DNA of 60,001 nt, filler included, from Sphacelaria rigidula (Eukaryota): assembly GCA_964200075.2 (NCBI GenBank). It is 8 parts of 8 records of this genome, joined end to end, with 100 filler letters (N's around TTAATTAATTAA, not from the genome) between each part and the next. Parts side by side here need not be neighbours in the genome. Positions count along the whole stretch, not along the records: positions 30,053 to 37,465 come from CAXNAA020015043.1; positions 37,566 to 44,977 come from CAXNAA020015044.1; positions 45,078 to 52,489 come from CAXNAA020015045.1; 5 more parts are not named here. One strand, 5' to 3'. The position numbers were made by a program, and so were the translations under genes. Below the pieces are notes generated by a model. It saw only the letters and a program-made list of their open reading frames with translations, was not told the DNA's origin and did not search any database. Shown piece after piece: positions 36,014 to 48,161 of this stretch. Position 1 is the first letter of the stretch. Every line of letters begins with the position of its first letter.

Positions 36014-37565
36014 CTGCTTGGGCGGTGGGGGGCGGTGGGGGGCGGGGGGAGGGGAGCTGGAACTGCAAAGTTCATCGTACATGAAGAGTATGATACGCTG
36101 ATCAAAGACACGAACACGTGCGGGGGGAAAAGTCGTGCAAAATTTGTGCATTTAATGCGCGATGTGTCAACATAGACACGAACATATGCACTAGATAAGA
36201 GGGTTGATACAGACGTATCTACGGGGGAGAGATGAGTTGATCCCTTGAGACCATGGATTCATCCCGAGTAAGGGAAGAGTTGGAACGTGTGCCAAAAATA
36301 ACAACTAGAATAAATCACGGAACTCTTCTAGATCGGTCGAGGTTCATGATACATGTAATGGGGAGAGGAAGCGGGTGAGTTTGGTTCAATATTGTGTCGA
36401 ATGTATACGTGGGGCTTCTATTCATCTCTAAACAACGCTCCGCAACGTTACAGGAAATCCCATTTACCGGAAGGTGTCGACGATATTTTCTAGAGACACG
36501 AAACTTCGGCGGCATGGTCGCTGCAGTTGACGAAAAAGTCAAGGTCAGGTTTCCTCACCGTCCCCGGATGTTATAGTCCGTGTAGCACCCACGGTACGAA
36601 CGTATTTTTGCCCTCCTGATGCCTTCGCCTCCCCCTGCAAATTTCTTGTATGTCTAGAACACTCTTGTTCAAAATGAGTGTAGCATTACTTGCATTTTCT
36701 GCGTACATCATGGTTACACCGGATTGTCTTCTTTGAATAGAAAAAGAGCGGAAGCAGAAGCTGCGGTCCAACCGGTTGCCTCGAGAGGTGAACACTGAGA
36801 CTTGCACCAAGCATGACAGACCAATATGTACACATGCGCACTACGGCGCGGTACAGTACTACAGCAAACTACACACCTCGCGGTACGAAACAGAATTTTG
36901 AGTGGATTCAATCAAATTGTCTCGTCATCATGTGTGCATCCGAGCAAAGACACGCAAGCTCAACTTCAAAAACCGGTGTGTTCGTTGCCAGTTTCCCAGC
37001 AATCGAAACACGGTTCAACCTCCGCGGAATACACCGCTGCTCTGCAATGCGCATCACCACTGCACAAGGTGCGAATGGGCCTCCCAACCGAAATGCAAAC
37101 GATCCACTTCGTCGTGAACAATCCACCCAAACAGACAGATTGGCATCACACATAAAATTATAGACGTACTTACAGCAAATTCTACCCATAGATTGAAAAG
37201 GTATTGGACTATTGGGCTTGAGATCGAATACTCTACTGAGACACACGTCGCTGCAAGCGCTGAAAAACGGATTCGCAACTAGATTCAGGCTAATCACTTC
37301 AATACGACTGTACGTGTCCAGACATGGGGGAACATGCTTTCTACCCGCCCCCACTCCTCAGGTTAGATACCCATGAGACATTGTATAAGCCGTGGCTGTC
37401 TCTGGAAGTGGCCATACCACAAAATAAAGCAACTCATCGTTGGCTGTCATCCAAATGCAAGATAANNNNNNNNNNNNNNNNNNNNNNNNNNNNNNNNNNN
37501 NNNNNNNNNTTAATTAATTAANNNNNNNNNNNNNNNNNNNNNNNNNNNNNNNNNNNNNNNNNNNN

Positions 37566-40230
37566 CGGTGACCAGCCGACCGCATGTGAGCGCACGCCAT
37601 CAAGCGAGTATGTAGAGCCTTATCATCCGATGGAATCCACAAAGCATCACTACTGCCAACACGCACTCGTAACAAACCATTGTCACCCAAAGCAGCTTGA
37701 CCGAAAGTCGTAGGAAGAGAATGAATACCATCGCCGGCTGTTTTGCGCTGCGCGGTACGAACGACATCTAATAAGGGCAGCGAATCATCGGCATCACACG
37801 GGTTGCACACGGCAACAGAACGACCAGGCACAATAGGAACATTCACCTAGCGAGCTTCACCTGGTGTGAACAAACCATCAGGCGTGACGACCGTGAGGAT
37901 CTCCTGAGGCTCCGGCGCTAGAGGCATCTGCCAATATCCCTGTAGCAGGTCCAACTTGCCGAAGTATTGGGCTCCCAGCAACTCCCGCATGTCTTCTTGG
38001 CATGGCATCACCCTCGGAGCCTGTTCCACTTGCGCGCTCATCGTCTGATAGTCGCTGACCAAGCGGAATATGTCCCTCTTCGGCACCACCATCGTCGGAC
38101 TCGCCCACACAGCCTGGGTGTTCTTAACCAACAACCCAAATGCCACCAAAGCTGCGATGCATGAAGCAAGCCACACGGTCACCACCGGATCGTAGCGGCG
38201 AGGCTTGGCCCCCACAGCTTCTCTCATTGGCTCCACTCGCGCTGGCGGATCACTACGTAGCGTACGACAAAATGTATCCACGCCATGAGCCAAAATATCA
38301 CGCAGACAATGTGCGCCATCGGCGCTCAGGCCCTTCTACTCGGCCTGCTGCACACTATCCCCAAGCGCACGTTCTCTTGCACCTCTCTCCTCCGCTAGGT
38401 CCATAAACATATCGGCCCCCCGATCGACCAAGCGCTCTACTACTTCACCCGCAGGAGCCTTTCCCTTATTGGCGCTCTGGAATGACCGTATGGATACGGT
38501 CACACGCCTTGCAGCAAGATAGCTGGGGTTTTCCACGCCGGTTTGCACCGACACAGCAAGCGGGCGCAACGTATTCAACGCCAGCGGGTACAAATCAATC
38601 TCGAGCTCTTTCATCGTTGCCATCTCAAATAGAACCACGTTGTCCCTGCCGGGCATGGCAGCGAAAGTAATGGGCTGCAAGACAACAGCCCCCCACGGCG
38701 TACGCAAGCTGACAGTAATCGGCACCGTTTTACGTGTAAGCGTCACGGGAGCACCAGTTGCGGTCAGTGGCGTTTGCGGTCCGTCTTCGAACGAAATCTC
38801 AAGCTGAGCGCCGCCAAACCGCGGAGGCATTTTCTCTCGCAACCCCACACCGATCGGCGTGAGCGCGGGCCCAGAATCCAGAATATCGTGGGCCATGAAC
38901 GAACATACGGAACCAGGCAAGGAAAGATCTGCGCGTCAAACTTCAGCCTTGCGATCGAAAGGTACCACGCCTGTTGAAGAACCCTGCTCGGTACCAAGAG
39001 TCACCTGACGTCACGGCTGCCCTCCAGCACTTGACATCGATAGCTGCGAATCTTCGGTCCAACCAAACCAAGTCGCCAAATAAGCAGACGGCGCTGCTAC
39101 AGCCGTCGCAGTAGTAGAAGATGCACCAGTCACGGATCCTGCCTGGCCAAGGAGTTGCCAAATATTCGCTTCAGCACTCCCCACTGAAGTATTTGTACTC
39201 CCCATGTACACAGCCCGCTCCGCTCCGGACGAACAATAAGATCCAGAGTCACCACCTGGTGACGTAGTGGAAGAAACAGCAACGAAGGAACCACCATCTG
39301 CCGCCGATTGCTTGCTACCGCGGCCGCCGCGCCCGCGTCACTGGTTGGCACGGCTCCGTCGACCGTGACGACCGCCCCGAGATCCTGATGAATTTCGTGC
39401 ATTTCCTTGAGCATTTCCTTGAGCGCGAGGCTTGGGGCAATCCTTGGTCAGATGTACGGTGTCGTCGCAGTTGTAACACGCGCGAGTGGACGACGCTCGT
39501 GAAGGCGGCTGCTGTTGCTGTTGCTGCTGCTGTTTGCGGAACGCATTACCTGCACTTGCCGCAGAATCGCGCCGGCTATGTGCCTCAATAAATTTCCACT
39601 GGTCTTCGACATCAAATATTGTTTTGAAAACCACCGTCGGGTTTTTTTTCCAGCCGTCTACATACGTGAGTACACACTTCTAATATACACCTTGAATTCC
39701 GGAGGCGAAATACCGTCTACGAAAGCTGTCGAAACCGACTCCACCGGGCCTGGCAACCGACTCCTGTCCTCCGCACGAAACATGGCTTGCACTGTCATTT
39801 TCTCTGTGAGAAACGCTTCCACCGCTGAACTGACCATCATCGCGCGATCCTTCGCGGGTATTCCATCGCGTTGTGCCGTAGCGAGTACTCCACGCAGATC
39901 TGCTGCAGCCCGCGCAGTGTCATGCTTGCCGCCGGTTGTAGTGTACCCGGCATGCTGCTTCGCAGCGTCTAGCAATTCGTCGGGGGCCATAGCCCGACGG
40001 TCCGTGTACATATCTTCGAAGCACCGGTGAAGATAAATATGGATGAGTTGTCTGATGCTCACTCTCTCATGCCGTAAGACTCCTGTGGCATTGGCTAAAT
40101 AGAGCCTCTCTAAATAGCCGAGGTATGCGGCATAAATAATTCTTGACGCTTCTTCAGTCCATACTTCGCCATACTTGGGCGGCTCTAGTGGCTCACCTAA
40201 CACCAGCGGCGCTACCGCCGCTTGAGCCAT
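37566..40230 (-). mobile_element. Decayed Ty3/Gypsy LTR retrotransposon: gag, protease, partial RT, start of integrase
   Basis: Gag with CCHC knuckle CYNCDDTVHLTKDC; protease ILDSG; RT motifs WASPTMVVPK...FRLVSDY and KLDLLQGYWQMPL; integrase Zn-binding LWIP...AHMRSAGH. Frameshifted, and cut by a linker. Confidence 0.92.
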
Positions 40231-41449
40231 ATCGACTGGAATTCAACACTTCGCTGAGAGACTCTTGCCTGACTTGTGCGTCCTCCAATTCACGCAGCGT
40301 CCCCCTCTGCTGTGCGCTAGTTGGTCTCTCTGCCTGCGGGCGACACTGGCTTCCAGCTGGCCCCACTTTTGTCCTCAATCAAACTCCTCTGACAGAGTGC
40401 CGGAAGAATAATATGTAGATGTTGCAGCCTCTGTCAGACTATCTGGACAAGACAACTATCAACGAGGGACTCCTCCAGTAGCACTGGCCTAGTGCTCGAC
40501 AAGTCCTTTCTTCTAACTTGTTATTATTGCGGAGTGATCCAGAAACAGACCACATCATGAGCCAGCAGCAAGGGGCCACATAGATGAGGGCCATCAATCC
40601 AGGATTCCTTATCCCCTGCCACTGCTCCAATCATGCGTGCGATTATATTGAAACCTACGACTGGGTATCATTTGGCTACTAGACTCAGCACACCGAGGAG
40701 CAAGCAAATATATGAAGAATATGCCAGATTATCAATGAAGATAAGGATATATCGTGACCGGATAGACTCTTTCGCGTTGAGTTTAGATATAGAAATATCC
40801 ATCACTTTGGAACCCGGGCACTGCTCGGTCTTCGACGGTCTCACTCACAGGATGACGATTTTGTCAGCGAGGAGGCCGCTTGGGCGCCGAGACGACCTTG
40901 GAAAATAACGTTTCGGGCACAAGGATCGCAGGAGTTCAATATGGATGAACAGTCTACCCTACCTTCGCGGAACGGTCATAGCAAACAGAATGGCTACTTC
41001 CCGTGGTCCCCCGTATTTTCCTAGCGTTGCCGTTGACGCTAACAAGCGAAAATGCATGCGCGACTGCAGAGCATGTGGGTTCTTGTGCTGTACACACATT
41101 GCCCAGAGAATTACGACGTGCACCCCTACCGTGGCATTTTCAGGCGCAGGTTATATTGTTGGCGATTGCCTAGCGGCCCGGATCCCTCTCATATACATAA
41201 AGGCCGTGGGTCTCACCCCGCGACAACGACTCCGAAACCCCGGCAGGGAAAAACAAAAGGAATGCCCTGCTGGCGCATGGGTCCTCAAGGGGTGAGACTC
41301 TGATCAATCACGTCGAAGCCCCACTCAGATTGCGTTCCCTTTAGGAAATGAGTCCTCAGGAATAGTGTCACCAGCACTTGGTTCGCGTGGTTCGACACGT
41401 CCAGCGAGTGTCATGAACGCACGGGGCACAGAAAAACGTTTCGGATGCA

Positions 41450-41697
41450 GGCACTTTCTACGATAGCCCCCCCCGAAAAACGAGCTCAAAAGTGTCAAGG
41501 AAAAAATGGCCATACCGCGCCTGATGTTTTGATTCAGGCCGAATGAAGTGCCTCATATTGGCGGCATTGGCTAGAACGAACCCAAGCGTGGCGATTCCCA
41601 GCTTCTCGCTTTGCTCGGCTTTTCCCACCGATTCACGTGAAGATTTTGCCTCCCAAAACGATGCACTTTTCTGGGGGGGGCTATCGTAGAAAATGTC
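41450..41697. mobile_element. MITE (TIR GACACTTTCTACGATAGCCCC) with 4-bp TSD TGCA
   Basis: tgca|ggcactttctacgatagcccc...ggggctatcgtagaaaatgtc|tgca. Confidence 0.85.
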
Positions 41698-42003
41698 TGC
41701 AGCACGCATATCGCCACCGCTTTTGACAGCGTTGTATCTGTAGCATGAAAAATAGAACCTAACTCTAAGGCACGACCTACGATTGTTGTGATGCGTCGCT
41801 TCAATTTAGACTCGACTCAGTTGAAGAGCACGCTTGAGGATATCAAGTATATCCAGATAACAGGACGGATGAACTTGCGATACGCCCCGTCCGTATTTCT
41901 GAAGACTGGATCAGCCGATGGCGGAGAAAACAATCGGGCAAGAAGGTGCTCAAATCTCTGCAGGGTAGCTCTTACTTCTTCCTACCGTACGAGTTGAGCC
42001 GCC

Positions 42004-42320
42004 GGGCCCCGGTGGTCAAGTGGTACAGGTGACATCCTTAGGGTATAACGAAGGCGGATTCGATTCCCACCAGAAGAATTTTGGACATATCCTTAAAGTA
42101 GATTCCGGTCGTTGGAAACGTGCGGACGTGAGTAGCAAAGGTGTCGTGAGAGAAACTTTGTTGGAATCGAAACGATGCAGGAGTGCTGGCACAATCCGCG
42201 TGACCAAAATGCACGTTGAGAGACCGATTGGTCCCTCGAGACACACGGGCTCGTTCCGAGAAACGGCAAGGGTTGAAAGTGTGATCAACAAGAAGTAAAA
42301 GGTTGGTTGCTGTTGCTGTA
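42004..42320 (+). mobile_element. tRNA-derived SINE family B
   Basis: Head gccccggtggtcaagtgg (A box) ... ggattcgattccc (B box), no closing acceptor stem, ~250-bp body and a ttgctg tail. Confidence 0.55.
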
Positions 42321-42349
42321 GAGGGATCGATTGATCGACGGGCAGAGTG

Positions 42350-42453
42350 GCGCGCCGGAGGGGGGCGTACTCATTTGTTGCTTGCTTTAGTCGTTTGACC
42401 ATTGGACACGCATCCCTTTCGAGATGGAGCAAGGGGTGCGCCGGAGGGGGGGG
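42350..42453 (-). mobile_element. Short 3'-end fragment of the same LINE family as 7515-9490
   Basis: The reverse complement tctcgaaagggatgcg...gcaagcaacaaatgag matches 9436-9491. Flanked by the direct repeat gcgccggagggggg. Confidence 0.7.
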
Positions 42454-45400
42454 TTGACGGGACTGCTCAACGGGTTATAGATCCCTACGTGCCACACGTC
42501 ATGTCACACCAAGTGTGTTGTACGCTGGCTTCAAACCACATGTACGTCGACCGAAACAGCTACACGTTAAGGACCAGAAATTTCACGCAGCTTCAAGGAA
42601 TCTCCTGCGCACATACCCAAACAAATAACCCTTGAGCCATACACGCCAACATCAACACGGCTCAGAAGCCGAGCAAGACACTGTACGTCAGTCTGGCGAC
42701 ATCATTGATCACCATGGCGTCTACTGCAAACGACGAGACGAATACCTGACGTGTGGAAACTAGTGAAAATCATATCGGTCATACACATATTCGATTCTTT
42801 CTTCGTATCCTGCAAGGTCCGAACCGTGTATCTACCCACGTCGGCAACCATTCTCGCGTCCATCGTATTCAGCCGACTATATTCCATGGCCACTGGGTAA
42901 GAATGATGAGTTTATGGCATCACAATCATGTCACAACTCATGTCGGTCTGTTGGTGACTTTCGCTTATCTATCTGAACGCTTCCAAATTTCTGCTTCGCA
43001 TTGATTCGATAGGGCGCGCGGGGTCGACGAGACCGTCGAGCTTTCTCGCGGGAGGCAATCTCTTTATACGTGACTCTTGCCCCTTTATTGTGGACGGGCT
43101 TGCCGGAGCAACGGCAAGAAGAACAGCCACGTCGATGGAGGGAAATCTCATCGAGCTTGCATCTCATGATAGGGGTAAGCCCAGTACCGCAGGCTACGTG
43201 TACATCACCGACACGCCGAACATAAACGGTACGCCTTACGTCGAACCCCCGGATATCGGGTGGTTGCGTTTGAGCCATGTCACGCTAAGGGTGCATTTGT
43301 TTCGCGCGAACGCTTCTCATATCAGGGCTCCCGAACTTGGGAGCCGCAAGGAATACTGACCAGGGCGTTTCCATTTCAAACGCCATGTCGAGCTGCCCCC
43401 TAGTCCATTAAGTAATCAGTCGTGCAGCGATTTAACGTCCTAAATTGATCGTTTTTCGATAGGATACAGGGATCCTGACGATATTATTGTGAACAACGTC
43501 TGTGCACTCTTGTCGTAGCACGGCTCGTTTCCACACGACATCAAGCGCGATTCCTTCTTACAGACGCTTGCAACGTTGATCCGAGTATGCTAGGAGATGA
43601 GAAGAAAATATGCGGGCCCGTTGTACCCAGATTCGATGTTGCTTGTCACATCCCCATTTCAATTGAGCGTGATGTTCCTCACCCTGCCCCATGTGTTCCG
43701 GGGTGCAACAGCAGGTACACCATTCTGGTTGCGAGCAACATCTGCTTGGTAAATCTCGCCTTTGTGATTAAACGAGCAAAGACAGCACTGCTCTGAGAAT
43801 GTTTGAATAATTTGTCAAGAACGCAACTATTTGCCACTCAGTCACTACCTTGAGACAACGGACGCATTGCAATGCAGCAGACGACTAAGCACTGGCAAAC
43901 CGGTTCTGTCGACAATACCGCTCATCGAATCAATTATGCTAGTGTACAAGTCGATGGAGGTCCCGTCGTTTGTTGTGTATGTACATCAATGCATAGTTTA
44001 CCATCTTGCGGTGCAGGGCTTCTCATATTTTACTTTTCCGTGGTCAGTAAGTTGATCTAGTGCACATTCGGGATTTCAAGAAGACGAACCATGAACCTTG
44101 AGCTTATCAAATGACCAGGACCTCTTTCTCCATCAAGAACGAGTGAGGGATAGGCGCAGGAGCTCTGAAAGGGCAAGGGGGATCCCAGTCACCATTCAGT
44201 GGTGTGGTAGGGTGACGTCATAGTTTTGCCCGTGGTTAATGCGGACGGGCCATAAGTATGATTGTTTGGTTGACATCTGAAACATTTTACCCCGCACGAA
44301 AAATGATCTCTTAGGACGAACGGGCAACCATTTCATGAGCCTTTCCTCCTACCTGGCTATGGGATATTGCTGCAAGTCTAGATTGGTGAGTGACGATACT
44401 ACTTTCAACAAGACTGTCCATTTCGGCGGCGTAGCGTCTGTTGCACACAACTGTGGTCTAACCTCGGCAAGGCCAAAACATCCGCAGCTCAGTAACCTCA
44501 CGAAGTGTTCGTGATAGCATGCAGGTTACGCAATAAGTTTGTTATGTATGGCCTTAAAATATTAGAGGGCAAGCAAGGAGGCGCTATAAAACTCCAAGCT
44601 GGGGGCGCTACTCTGTCGTCTTTCCCCAGTATATCCTCTACATCATTGCGTAGAAGCCGTGGGTATTCTCATCGCATTATTGTGTAGACTCGACGGCAAG
44701 TCAGGACTTCTAGACACATCTTGAACTGTCATATCAGCCCGTTATCTTGTCTGTTCCAGACGCCCCCAGTAGCTGCGCCACGACGGTTAATATGTTGGGA
44801 GGCTGCAGTCTAGTGCACACTCCGACCGGTAATCTTGATATAATTTTGTCGACCAACGTGCCCTCTCCGCCGATTTTCTGAGCTGACGAAATGTCCTCCA
44901 TTTTGCCCACCAGGGTACTTGAGTGATGCTACGGTAGGGGTACAGAAATAATTTCTGAGGTTAGAATTGTTAGGAGCNNNNNNNNNNNNNNNNNNNNNNN
45001 NNNNNNNNNNNNNNNNNNNNNTTAATTAATTAANNNNNNNNNNNNNNNNNNNNNNNNNNNNNNNNNNNNNNNNNNNNTCTAGAATCGTTAGGAGCCCCTG
45101 AACCAGACAACATTTCGCGCAAAAGGTGCACTCCCACCGTAGCATTGCTCCTGTAGAAATGGTGAGAGGCAGTTTCACGCTCAAAGGTTCTGGGCACACG
45201 TCACATGCTCATGCAAGCGACATCCCATCACACGGTGTTACGCCAGCAGCCCAAGCGCCCATGGTCACGTTGACGACCCACCGTCAATAACGGTAAAATC
45301 ATATCTACATGCAGGGCAGCCGTGCTGTGTTCGGGATCTAGGCTGTGCGTGTGAAGTAAGTGGTGCTGGCTTGCGGGGTGTATCGACATTCCAATCTCAA

Positions 45401-48161
45401 GAAGACTGAAAAAACGAACGAGACGATGGATGGGGACAAGCTCGTTTAACTGTCCAAAGTGAAAAAAAAAAAAGAGAGGAAAATACCGCATGCAGGGAAA
45501 ACGCGCAAAAATGGAAAAATGACCCTGTTACAAAAAGTACATAAATAAGAAATGCCCCCAAATAATACACACGACGTGTGAAGTAGCGGTTGGAGGCGTC
45601 CATAGTATATCGCAACTTCGGGAGTGTGCGTACGCCTGACTCCTAGCAGACGCCGATGTCAACCTGGACTGTCTCAACAATCACCCGCCGCCGAAGTTCC
45701 ACCCGCTACCCAAAATGAAGGTTGGGCGAATCGTCGTGCAATCGAAGCTATGTTAACGCGAACTGCTCGACAGCTTTCACGGATGGACATACCTTGTTCT
45801 AGACAATATAATAATGCTACCCCCAACACCCCAACCATAACGTGAGGCATACCGAGAACCCTCAGGCAAGGGAAATACACGTGGTGTGCTCGGCCGAGTG
45901 TGCGTTGGCAGAGAGCTCAAGTCGGTGCCGGCGCCGATGTGAGCGACGGCGCATCCGGCGCGCGCTAGCGGACACCATGGACTGTCAGCCCCCGAAAGAT
46001 CCAAATTGTTTCCTTCACGCTGAAGCCAAATACTTTCCACCATGGGTTTCATCGAGCACTTTGCGTAAACTCTACTGGCCAAAAGTCAACCGACTACACA
46101 AGTTCGGCTCCACTCGGCAAGTCCGCTCATAAAATAAACGCAAAACACGTGAATAGCCAGTCTATAAACCGCCACTGAGGATGAGCTGTGCATGACTGTG
46201 CCGCTCATTTCCCCTTAACCGACCAGCAAATCACCGTACAGTAGTACGAGGAAGTGAAGCCCCAGTTGTCCATCTCATCGTATAGGTACAGTACAGTACA
46301 GTACAGTAAACGACAGGCAGGCAAAAATAAAAATAAAACTTGTTTTTTTTTGTGAACCCGGTATTTCGTATGCAGTATGCACAGGGAAGACGCGTTTAGA
46401 AAAAAAAGGAACCCACAAATATATGTATATATATATTTATATATTGACGTACACAGGTTGGGCGCAGAGAACCCTCAAACACCAAATATATGTACACGGT
46501 TTTTCGCCTCTTCGCATGTGCAAGTAGGTGCATGCAACACACGTATTCAAACTCAACAACAACAACAACAACAACAACAAATATCGTATCAATTCCATGG
46601 TGAACAAACAACCGAACGATATTGTGGAATGCAAGTATTGAACACGGTATATGAGAAAGACAGCAACGACGAGAACTCTAGATGGAGCGAAGTCCGGGCT
46701 ACCATACTCTTCACAAATTGTAAGGGAATGAATGCATGCAGCATGAACCTTCTGACAGCACCCCCTCCCTCCGTCACGAAATACCATGCTAACGCTGAGG
46801 GTCTGCTTAAGCCAAACTACACTACCCAAACGCCACAAAGGGCGACGGGCTCGGGGGAAACGTCGTACTGACTGTACAGCACCCCTCACAAAACAAAGAC
46901 AGACCAACACCGCGTTTATCAGAGTATTGAAAAGCACGGCGCACAGCAACACCAAGCCAAGCCGAAGAGCAGAACAAAGCCATGGGGAAACACTAAACCT
47001 TATACGTGAATATATAATTCCTGACAAACGAATAGATATTCACGCTCATTTCACGTTACGAAAGCAAGCGCCGACCAAACAACCATGTCCAGCTGGGACT
47101 GTACACTTCAACGTCTACAAACGAGGGTACGAGCTGGTGGCATGACGGCGAGACCGCCAAACCATCGGCCGAGCTGTCTCAGAACTACGGCCCTGCCATA
47201 TGGCCCAATACCTCGTGTGCGACGCTCGGTACCAAAATCGGTATCCTGTACATCGGTATCGACAGCAAACCAAACGTTCACTTGAAATGGCGCGAACATG
47301 AACGCCAGACACGTACCCCACGGTAACGCGGTATTTGACAAAGGGCACCATGAATAGAGGAAAATAACACAAATAAAAGGTGATCGAAATCCACGGGAGC
47401 GCGCGCTACTTCAAAGGAGCTACCAGTGAGGCTGCCAGCTGTTGAAGCAAGGTAGGTGAGCAACTGTGTCCCAACAAGTAAATAGCATGAACAAGCAGTA
47501 ACGTACACGCCTACAACGCCATTCAGGTGAGCGTCGGAAGATATATATATATATATATATATGAGATTTACACGCGACTAGTTACTCACAAAAGGGAAAA
47601 TGGAATGATTTTTCTTCAGCTTGGCCAAGCAAACAACTCGGGACATTCCGATGGACCGATATATAGTCCCTGATCGACGGCTGACACCATCATCCACCGG
47701 AACTATCCTCCGGACACCACTCTTGGGTGAACAGTACTATTTTCGAAGAAGGGGTCAGAAAGCTTCGCGGCCTGAAAAGATATCCTCCGTCTGACCGCTG
47801 CACATATCATCAATGTTCGAAACGACGCTTGTGACGTTTGACTTGACGACAGAAAACGTTTTCATTGAACGGGGGTTGAAGTGATCGGCACATATCTACA
47901 AATATCAAGGTGCTGCGCAGAGTGTACCTACTGTACTGCACCGTGACCTCTGGGCATCAGCGGTGCAACGACCTTCCCTCGCTCTCTCAAGCCAAACGCT
48001 CCCAAATACGGCAGAAAGTATGGAAACGACCGCACCGCTGCACAGCTCGATATTCCCAAGCGCCACCAGCAAATGAGGCACGCCAAAAATACCGTTCAAC
48101 AGGCGGGCAGAGGCCACACGCACACAGACTATGCTCCAGTACCAAATAATGTTCTTCAGTG

